A stretch of DNA of 64,000 nucleotides, taken from Thermoplasmata archaeon. GTDB taxonomy: Archaea > Thermoplasmatota > Thermoplasmata > UBA10834 > DTMW01. Location: NCBI GenBank assembly GCA_038852105.1, contig JAWCKK010000002.1, forward strand, positions 42,621-106,620, in the 5' to 3' direction. The notes under the pieces are model-generated. The model did no database searches, was not told the origin of the DNA, and saw nothing but the letters and a program-made list of their open reading frames with translations. A program made the translations under genes and the position numbers. Shown one piece after another: positions 9,226 through 17,160 of this stretch. Positions within the stretch are counted from its first letter, which is position 1. Each line of letters opens with the position of its first letter.

Positions 9226-12200
9226 ATGATTGACAGGGCTGTAGAAAGGAAGTCAAAGGCGGAGATACTGTCGGCGTTGGACCCGCTAGTGGCGGAATGG
9301 TTCGGCAACCGCTTCGCCGATATCACGGAGCCCCAGGCCCTCGCGATCCCGCTCATAGAAGCCAGAAAGAACGTCTTGGTGTCCTCTCCGACCGGCTCCG
9401 GAAAGACATTGACCGCGTTCCTCTCAATCTTGGACAGGCTCTACAAGCTTCAGAAGGCCGGGGCTCTCGAGGATAGGATCTACGCCGTATACGTTTCTCC
9501 ATTGAAGGCGCTCGCGAACGACATAAACAAGAATCTTCTGGCACCTATCGAGGAGATGAACGCGCTCGCGCGTTCCCTCGGCGCAGAGGAGCTTCAGATA
9601 CGTGTCGCCGTCCGCACTGGCGATACGAGTTCCAGCGAGAGACAACGCCAGGCGGTGAAGTCCCCGCACATATTCATAACGACCCCGGAATCGCTGGCTC
9701 TCGTTCTTTCAACCCCAAAGTTTCGCAGGAAGTTCAGCAAGGTCGAATACGTCATCGTGGACGAGATTCACGAGATTTGCGATTCGAAAAGAGGGGTCAT
9801 GCTTTCTCTGAGCCTGGAACGGCTTCAGGAAGAAAACCCGAACGAGATAGCGCGCATAGGCCTCTCCGCAACCCAGGCGCCGATCGAAGAGATAGGCAAG
9901 TTCCTCGTGGGGCATAACGGGAATGATTGGCGCGACCTGAAGATAGCCGAGGTGCAGGGCCAGAAAGAGCTCGATCTGAAGGTGTTGTGCCAGGCGGAAG
10001 ACATCACCTCCCTCCCGTTCGAGATTGTAAACTCGAAGATGTACGATCTGCTCGTGGATCTCATCAACAAGCACAGGACGACCCTCGTCTTCACAAATAC
10101 CAGGAGCGGCACGGAGCACGTCGTCTTCAAGCTGAAGGAAAGGGGGATCACAGATATCGAGGCTCACCACGGCAGCATGAGCAAGGAGAGCAGGATATCC
10201 GTGGAGGACATGCTCAAGGAGGGGAAGCTCAAGGCTGTCGTGTCATCGACCTCGCTCGAACTGGGCATTGATATCGGATACATCGACCTCGTTTGTCAGA
10301 TCGGGTCCCCGAAATCCGTCGCCAAGGCGTTGCAGAGGATCGGTCGGTCAGGGCACGATGTCGGCAAGGCGTCCCAAGGGCGGTTGATAGCCTTCGACAA
10401 TGATGACTTGGTCGAATGCGCCGTCCTCTGTCGCGCGGCGCACCGGAAGCACATCGATAGGGTCACAATCCCGAAGAATAGTCTTGACGTTCTCGCGCAG
10501 ACGCTCGTCGGCATGTCCTTGGAGAAGAAATGGAAAATCGACGACGCCTACGCCCTGGTAACGAGGTCGTATTGCTACAGGGATATCGACCGCGAGAGCT
10601 TCGAGTCCGTCTTGAGATATCTCTCCGCGAGGGACGGTTTCGAAGGGGTGTATTCTAAGATATGGCTCGACGAGAAGGAGCGCGTGTTCGGGATGAAGCG
10701 CAGCTCTCGCCTGATATACTACCTCAACCAGGGCACGATACCCGAGGAGAGCTCGTACAAGGTTTTCTCGGAGAAAGGCGCGCCGATCGGCGACCTATCC
10801 GAGAAATTCGTGGAAAGGCTGTCGAGAGGGGACATCTTCGTCCTCGGCGGAAAATCGTTCGAGTTCATCAAGACGCACGGGATGAAAGTCTTCGTGAAGC
10901 ACGCGATGGGCCGGAAGCCGACGGTGCCTTCTTGGACGGGCGAGATGCTCCCGAGGAGCTTCGACCTGTCCGTCGAGATAGGCAGGTTCAGGAAGGAGCT
11001 CGAATCTCGGCTTGACACAAGCAGCGACCAGGAGATTCTGGACTGGCTCCAGAAGGATTTCGATATAGACGAGGGCGCGGCAAGGAGCATCCTGAACTAT
11101 TTCAAGGAGCAGAAGGCCGTCATCGGGATACCGACGGACAGCAGGCTTCTGATAGAGGGCTACGAGGACGAGGAGGGGAAATCGAACATAATCTTCCACT
11201 TCCCGTTCGGCCGGAGGGTGAACGACGCCCTCAGCCGCGCTTACGCCTTCAAGATATCCAACAAGTTCGGGTTCAACACGACCGTCTCGATAACCGACGA
11301 TTGCTTCATGATCGTCACGCCGAACAGGGTTCCGCTCGACGAGATTCCGCGCCTCGTCACCAGCGACGAGATAGAGTCCCTTCTCAGGGCGTCCTTGAGC
11401 GGCACGGAACTCCTCGGACAGCGATTCAGGCACTGCGCCTCGCGCAGCCTTATGATATTGAAGAACTACAGAGGGAAAGAGCTCTCCCTGTCTCGGCAGC
11501 AGATGCGCTCCCAGAAGTTGCTCGAGCTGCTCAAGGATGCTGACAGGTTCCCGGTGCTTATCGAGTCCTATAACGAGATATTGAACGAGGTATTCGACCT
11601 CGAGAATGCCGTGTCCGTGCTGAGGAGCATCGAGTCGAAGGAGCGGGAAGTTCTGGTTCAGGGATACGCCGACGCCCCTTCGCCGTTCTCGCATAACGTG
11701 CTGCTCGCCGGGATATCCGATGTCGTCCTGATGGAGGACAGGAGCTCGTTGCTCAGGCAGCTTCACAGGAAGGTGCTGGCCAAGGTGCTCGGGACGGAAG
11801 CGCTCTCGGAGTACAAGTTCGAGGAGGAGAAGGTCAGGCAGTATTTCGCCCGAAAGCTCGGCAAGGTATCGGACGAGCTCGAATTGCTCGGGCTGCTGCG
11901 AAAGACGGGGCCGCTCCAGCTGTTCAAGGAGAAGGGGTTCAGCGCCTCGGAGCTCTTGGGCATCCCGATCGAGAAGACAAGAGAGATGGCGGAGAGACTC
12001 CTCAAGCGCGGGATGATCAGATCCGTCTGGCTTTCGGACTCCTGCTGGGTCGCGTCAGAAGACAGGGATGAAATCTCGATAGCCCTCGAATCGGGCGGGG
12101 AGCTGCCGGACAACGCGAAGAAGCTCCTCGCGTATCTCGAGACGCCGAGGTCAGTGGCCGAGGTCGCCGCCAACCTGCAGCTGTCCAATGACGACGCGAC

Positions 12201-14616
12201 AGAACTGCTGTATATGCTCGAGCGCAAGTTCCTTGCAGAGCGCGTATACGGCTCGAGAAACGCCTTCAAGTGGAAGTCGTGCTCGCCCGCCTACGGCGAT
12301 AGGGAGCACGCGCGCGCCAATTTGATCGAACGACATCTTCGGATGTTCGCGCCTCTGACAGTCGAGGAAATCGCGTATCATTTCAGGCTCTCGGAGGGAG
12401 ACGTCAAGGCGGCTCTCTCTCAGCTGGAGTACGAAGGCAAGGTCGTTTCGGGGAAGTTCGTCATCGGGGAGGAGATCCAGTACATGCTCACGAACGATTA
12501 CGTCTCGCTCAGCTCGGAGGGGCAGGAAGCGTTCGATGAGGAGCACATACGCAGGTACCAGCTATGGAAGCAATTCAAGGATATCGAGTCCATCGACGAT
12601 TATTTCGAACGGTTCGGCGAGGCGGGCATGCTGTACGACATCTACCAGAGATTCCCCGATATGAATATCGAAGATTGGGTATCGATGCGCTCGTCGGGAA
12701 AGATACTCAGCGGGAGGTTCCTCCGGGGTCGGGTAAGATACGTTAGACAGAAGGATGCCGCATGCTTCGTGAAGCTGTATCGGTACCAGGATCCGTCCGA
12801 CTTCGACAACAGGGTGCTCAGGAAGATAGACGAGCTCGGCGGGGCTTCGATATTCGAGCTCGAGAAGGAGCTGGGGGAAGACCGCGAGACCATACGCGGT
12901 TCCCTCGAAGTCCTGGACCAGAACATGTACGTCGTGAGAGAATACACCGACGGAGAGGACTGGAGCGGTCTCAACATCTACAGGACGTTCACGGCAGGAG
13001 AGCCGGATGTGGACCCCGCGGAATGGCTGGTGGAGAAATTCCTCAGGAGTCACGGGCCGGTATCGATCGCCGCCATTCGGAGCTACACCGGGTTCGAAGT
13101 CGATCAGATCGTCGATATCCTCAAGCGCCTCGGAGCTTCGAAGGTGATCACGGGCCTGTCGAGACAGGAGCTCTTCGTGCTCGAAGATGATATTGAGCGC
13201 CTGAGAGAATTCAAGCCCGCACCCGACCCTATGCGGATACTCTCCCTGTACGATCCCCTGCTGGAGACCCGTTGGGCAGAGCTGACGAGCAGGTTCGGCG
13301 AAGGCTGGTACTTCCCGGTCGTCAAGGACGGCGTCATCATCGGCATGACGGAGATATGGCCGCTAAGCAGCTGCGTCGAGGTGCGCGAGGTGTCGCTCGA
13401 CAGGCAGACGAAGGAAGCCCTGTCGGAATTCCTTTCGGCGCTCGAGAAATTCGGGAAGTTCTTCGAATCCTACGGTATCGATGTCATCAGGATAAGGTCG
13501 GTCTTCGGAACCGATGTGAACTCGTTGGACGATGGGTTGGCTGCCGTTCTGAAGAGAGCAGGATACAGACTGCTGAACGGGATGATGGTCCGAGGCAAGG
13601 TGGTCGATAAGTGCTTCTCCGACTCGCAGCTTCTGACATATGTCTTCTCCAAACAGCACATCGCGAAATCGAGACAGTACGCAAGCGTCTCTGCTGCGTT
13701 CAGGGCGCTCGGAGGTCTGAGGAGCGAGGTGGAGGGGATCATCAGATCCAAGACGGACTCGACGGCAAAATCGCTCCATAAAAACGAGGAGACCTTTAGG
13801 GGCATCGGCGCGCCGCCGTTCCTCATGCTCATGCCGATGGCCAGCGCAAGACTGTACCGCACCGCGAAGGATCCGCAACTCGACGAGCAGATGAGCTCCC
13901 TGCTCGAGGTCATCTCGAAAAACGTCCCGATGACGAAGGACCAGATATTCGAACTTTCCCCGCTCGGGCCGTCTGAGGCCGCGCAGGCTTTCAGGAAACT
14001 GTACCAGAAGACCCTTATAGTCACGGACCACAGCGGCAAGTATCGCGCCGTCGAACCGGCGGAAATGACGGTCTCCGAGGCGAGGAAGGCGCTTGTCAGA
14101 AAGGCGTTCGAGATGTTCGGAGTGTTCTCCGCCGAAGGGCTGTCTCAATATCTCCATCACATCTTCGGGATGCGCGAATTGCGGAGGGCGTTGAGGGAGC
14201 TCGAGTCCGAAGGGTTCCTTTCCAAAGGATATCTCAGGGAGAAAAGCGACACCCTCTATTGGGTGATACGATCGGATCTGGGACGGATCGAGAAATCGAG
14301 GTTCTCGGAAGGATTCGTTCTCGCGCCGCAAGATAGATTGCTGGTCTATCTGAGGGATGCATGGGGGCTTAAATTGGGGGAAGCGGGGCAGTATCTGATA
14401 TTCGACGGAATAGAGCCCATCGGGAAATTCCGGGCGAAGATAGACAGGCACGAGATCTCGATTTGGGACTCAGAAGTGAGCGACAGGGCGAACGAGATAC
14501 TGAAGGAGTTCCTCGCGAAGATCGGCAGAAGCATGCAAAAGGATCAAGAGAAACGCTTGAGCGAATGGGAGATAACCGATTTCTTCGAGAAGACGAACCT
14601 GTTCGCGAAAGAGTAG
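9226..14616 (+). CDS. lhr: Long Lhr-family DEAD/H helicase (~1796 aa) with an extended winged-helix / AlkZ-like C-terminal region
   Basis: SPTGSGKT, SPLKALAND, TTPESL, DEIH, GLSAT, HHGSM, SLELGID, QRIGRSGH; about 900 aa of extra C-terminal sequence. Confidence 0.92.
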   Translation: MIDRAVERKSKAEILSALDPLVAEWFGNRFADITEPQALAIPLIEARKNVLVSSPTGSGKTLTAFLSILDRLYKLQKAGALEDRIYAVYVSPLKALANDINKNLLAPIEEMNALARSLGAEELQIRVAVRTGDTSSSERQRQAVKSPHIFITTPESLALVLSTPKFRRKFSKVEYVIVDEIHEICDSKRGVMLSLSLERLQEENPNEIARIGLSATQAPIEEIGKFLVGHNGNDWRDLKIAEVQGQKELDLKVLCQAEDITSLPFEIVNSKMYDLLVDLINKHRTTLVFTNTRSGTEHVVFKLKERGITDIEAHHGSMSKESRISVEDMLKEGKLKAVVSSTSLELGIDIGYIDLVCQIGSPKSVAKALQRIGRSGHDVGKASQGRLIAFDNDDLVECAVLCRAAHRKHIDRVTIPKNSLDVLAQTLVGMSLEKKWKIDDAYALVTRSYCYRDIDRESFESVLRYLSARDGFEGVYSKIWLDEKERVFGMKRSSRLIYYLNQGTIPEESSYKVFSEKGAPIGDLSEKFVERLSRGDIFVLGGKSFEFIKTHGMKVFVKHAMGRKPTVPSWTGEMLPRSFDLSVEIGRFRKELESRLDTSSDQEILDWLQKDFDIDEGAARSILNYFKEQKAVIGIPTDSRLLIEGYEDEEGKSNIIFHFPFGRRVNDALSRAYAFKISNKFGFNTTVSITDDCFMIVTPNRVPLDEIPRLVTSDEIESLLRASLSGTELLGQRFRHCASRSLMILKNYRGKELSLSRQQMRSQKLLELLKDADRFPVLIESYNEILNEVFDLENAVSVLRSIESKEREVLVQGYADAPSPFSHNVLLAGISDVVLMEDRSSLLRQLHRKVLAKVLGTEALSEYKFEEEKVRQYFARKLGKVSDELELLGLLRKTGPLQLFKEKGFSASELLGIPIEKTREMAERLLKRGMIRSVWLSDSCWVASEDRDEISIALESGGELPDNAKKLLAYLETPRSVAEVAANLQLSNDDATELLYMLERKFLAERVYGSRNAFKWKSCSPAYGDREHARANLIERHLRMFAPLTVEEIAYHFRLSEGDVKAALSQLEYEGKVVSGKFVIGEEIQYMLTNDYVSLSSEGQEAFDEEHIRRYQLWKQFKDIESIDDYFERFGEAGMLYDIYQRFPDMNIEDWVSMRSSGKILSGRFLRGRVRYVRQKDAACFVKLYRYQDPSDFDNRVLRKIDELGGASIFELEKELGEDRETIRGSLEVLDQNMYVVREYTDGEDWSGLNIYRTFTAGEPDVDPAEWLVEKFLRSHGPVSIAAIRSYTGFEVDQIVDILKRLGASKVITGLSRQELFVLEDDIERLREFKPAPDPMRILSLYDPLLETRWAELTSRFGEGWYFPVVKDGVIIGMTEIWPLSSCVEVREVSLDRQTKEALSEFLSALEKFGKFFESYGIDVIRIRSVFGTDVNSLDDGLAAVLKRAGYRLLNGMMVRGKVVDKCFSDSQLLTYVFSKQHIAKSRQYASVSAAFRALGGLRSEVEGIIRSKTDSTAKSLHKNEETFRGIGAPPFLMLMPMASARLYRTAKDPQLDEQMSSLLEVISKNVPMTKDQIFELSPLGPSEAAQAFRKLYQKTLIVTDHSGKYRAVEPAEMTVSEARKALVRKAFEMFGVFSAEGLSQYLHHIFGMRELRRALRELESEGFLSKGYLREKSDTLYWVIRSDLGRIEKSRFSEGFVLAPQDRLLVYLRDAWGLKLGEAGQYLIFDGIEPIGKFRAKIDRHEISIWDSEVSDRANEILKEFLAKIGRSMQKDQEKRLSEWEITDFFEKTNLFAKE

Positions 14617-14620
14617 CGCG

Positions 14621-15103
14621 TCACCTCTTGTATCCTATCTTCACCAGGAAGTCTTTTCGCCAGGCTTTATCGGCTTCCTTCTCGACGCCGAGCGGTCTTT
14701 CGCCGTCGAGCACGCCGAGTATACCTCTCTGTTCTCCAGCCGATGCAACCACGACCTGCAGCTTGTTCGCGGTCGCGCAGAATATCCTGCAGACCTCGGG
14801 CACGCTCTTTATGGCGTTCAGGACGTTGATCGGGTAGCAATTACCCAAAACGACCACGAAGCTATGCCCGGCGCCTATCTCCATGGCGATGTTCTTGGCT
14901 TTTTCCACGAGCTGCTCGTCGGTACCGTCGAACCTGAGCAACCGAGCACCGCTCGCCTCGCAGAACGCAAGGCCGAACTTCGCTCCTGGGACCGCTCCGA
15001 CTACGGCCTCGTAGATATCCTCGACCGTCTTGATGAAATGCGACTGGCCGATTATGACGTTGCAATCCTCAGGGATTTGGACCGGAACCAGTTGTATGTC
15101 CAT
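14621..15103 (-). CDS. Adenosine-specific kinase family (DUF355 / PAE2307-like)
   Basis: NVIIGQSHFIKTVED, FGLAFCEASG, AGHSF, PINVLN, CRIFCATAN, RGILGVLDG, IGYKR; GGGGTGA RBS. Confidence 0.85.
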   Translation of the reverse strand: MDIQLVPVQIPEDCNVIIGQSHFIKTVEDIYEAVVGAVPGAKFGLAFCEASGARLLRFDGTDEQLVEKAKNIAMEIGAGHSFVVVLGNCYPINVLNAIKSVPEVCRIFCATANKLQVVVASAGEQRGILGVLDGERPLGVEKEADKAWRKDFLVKIGYKR

Positions 15104-15108
15104 CCGCA

Positions 15109-15297
15109 TCACCCCTTTTCGTCAGCGCGATGATCTCTGATATATGTGTCGGTTTTCGGGGTATATCGCTTTCGCCTGAAGAACAACATGCTCGGGCCGT
15201 CGGGCTCGGGTTGGGGCTTTCTGAACACGTTCCCGCAGAAAATACAGGAATCCCAGGAGCTCGGGACGTCGCGGAGACAGGAGGGGCAGGATTTCAT
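15109..15297 (-). CDS. Small zinc-ribbon protein (62 aa)
   Basis: MKSCPSCLRDVPSSWDSCIFCG gives CxxC-x10-CxxC; the stop codon overlaps the RBS of the next gene. Confidence 0.6.
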   Translation of the reverse strand: MKSCPSCLRDVPSSWDSCIFCGNVFRKPQPEPDGPSMLFFRRKRYTPKTDTYIRDHRADEKG

Positions 15298-15522
15298 GAA
15301 GAAGGTCTCGTCCGGAATTATCTTCCCACCTATCTGTCAAGCCAAATGGCCGATTCGCGGCAACCGCCTAGATTACTTAAAACGTTCTCAGGATGACGCA
15401 TTTCATCGGTTGGTGACGAATTTCTCCTGGGACATCGTTCTCAATCCTGATACATGAGAGGGTTAATTATTTATCAGCGGTATATTGTAATGACCAGCAT
15501 CGGAAAGGCGGAGGCAGATTGA

Positions 15523-17160
15523 TTGCCTGGTGCAACGAGCGGCAGACTTTGCCCTATTTGCGATTCGCCGATAGAGGCCGGAGCAAAGAAATGCTCATTC
15601 TGTGGCACCGACCTCACCATGTTTGAGGAAGAAGCGAAGAGCGCGAAAAGGCAAGAAGGTAGGCTGATTAGAGAAGAATATCAACCTGCGGCCCAAGCGC
15701 CGGCAGCGGCTCCTCCTAAGGACTCGACCCCGCGGGTCGAGCCAGTAGCCGCTCCATCGGCCGCAGAGGAAGAGGCGATTTATCAATGTCCCGCCTGTGG
15801 CAAGAACGTCAAGGAAAGCGATAATGTCTGTCCTCATTGCGGAGCGATTTTCTCTGAGGAGGCTCAGTTCGAATGCCCTGCCTGCCATACGCTCGTGAAT
15901 GCCGACGCGACTAAATGTCCTGGCTGTGGGGCGATATTTGTCGAGGAAGAGGCCGCTGCACAGGCGGCGGCTCCGGCGGCGCCAGCAGTCGAACCGAAAA
16001 AGGCGGAGCCTGCGCAACCGCCGACTCCGACTTTGCCTGCGACGGCCAAGGTCGGAGAAGACGAGGAGATGAAGAAAATAATCTCCCGGATCAAGGAAAC
16101 GAGGGAAATGGAGAAAGAGGCTCCGAAGAAGAAACCTGCCAAGAAGGGATTCGGGGGTTTGTTCAAGTCAATTCTGCCGAGGGGAGAAGCAGCGGAGAAA
16201 AAGGAAGCGCCTGCAAAAGAGGCTCCGAAGCCTCCCGAAAAGGCCCCGACGCCGGCAGAGGCTGTTTCTGCAAAGAAACCCACCGCGCCCGCAGAGCCGA
16301 CCAAGGTCGAGCCCTCGGCTGCGCCTGGGGCGGCAACCGTCGCGCAGGAGCCGGTGCAGAAAAGGCAATGGCCGACCGACCCGAGAGAGCAAGGAAAGGA
16401 GCTGGCTCGTCTCGTGGCAGAGGTCAGGGCGTTGCTCAGCATCGCAATGGAGCACTCGATAATGATTGACGAGACGAAAGCGCTCCTCGATAGGGCGATA
16501 ACTGCAGGTCGCGAGAGGCAGTTCATATTGGCTCTCGACACGATAGCCGAGGGACAGGCGAAGCTAAACAACCAATTGAGGGAATACGTCGGCGCGAACA
16601 TGGCGTCGATCACGGAAGAGATCGCCGTCGCGAAGAAGCTCGGCGGGGACACGTCGAGGGCGGAGATATTCCTGAAGGAGGCTTCCAGGGTCGCCGAGAA
16701 GGCCGATTATCAGGCGTCGCTAGTGTTCATAGACAAGGTTCGGAACGAGCTTGCTCCGGTGACCGGTCAGTACAACGAGTTGAAGAATTCCCTCCGGAAG
16801 TTCGAAAGGCTCGTCAAGGATTCCCGCGTCATCGGGATAGACAACGAGCCTCTCAAGAAGGACTACGATACCGCGAAGGCGGCTTTCGATGCGCTCGATT
16901 TCGCAAAAGCTGAGGGGATTATCAAGAAAAAGACAGCAGAGATACTCGAACAGATACCTGAGAGGATGACGAAGGAAATCGAGAAGGCGAAGCAGCTCCT
17001 CATCGAGGCGAAGATGAAGACGGACGTAGGGATGGCCCCTCAGATATCGATTCTCAAGTCCGCAATTCGGAACCTGCAGGATAAGAAATACCTCGAAGCG
17101 TTGGCGGATCTCAAGACGTTCAAGAAGGAGATGAAGAAACTGCTCAGCCAGTCGGCTTGA
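15523..17160 (+). CDS. Triple zinc-ribbon protein with Pro/Ala/Lys-rich linker and four C-terminal helical repeats
   Basis: CPIC-x10-CSFC, CPAC-x10-CPHC, CPAC-x10-CPGC; TTG start behind GGAGG; no signal peptide or TM segment. Confidence 0.85.
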   Translation: MPGATSGRLCPICDSPIEAGAKKCSFCGTDLTMFEEEAKSAKRQEGRLIREEYQPAAQAPAAAPPKDSTPRVEPVAAPSAAEEEAIYQCPACGKNVKESDNVCPHCGAIFSEEAQFECPACHTLVNADATKCPGCGAIFVEEEAAAQAAAPAAPAVEPKKAEPAQPPTPTLPATAKVGEDEEMKKIISRIKETREMEKEAPKKKPAKKGFGGLFKSILPRGEAAEKKEAPAKEAPKPPEKAPTPAEAVSAKKPTAPAEPTKVEPSAAPGAATVAQEPVQKRQWPTDPREQGKELARLVAEVRALLSIAMEHSIMIDETKALLDRAITAGRERQFILALDTIAEGQAKLNNQLREYVGANMASITEEIAVAKKLGGDTSRAEIFLKEASRVAEKADYQASLVFIDKVRNELAPVTGQYNELKNSLRKFERLVKDSRVIGIDNEPLKKDYDTAKAAFDALDFAKAEGIIKKKTAEILEQIPERMTKEIEKAKQLLIEAKMKTDVGMAPQISILKSAIRNLQDKKYLEALADLKTFKKEMKKLLSQSA

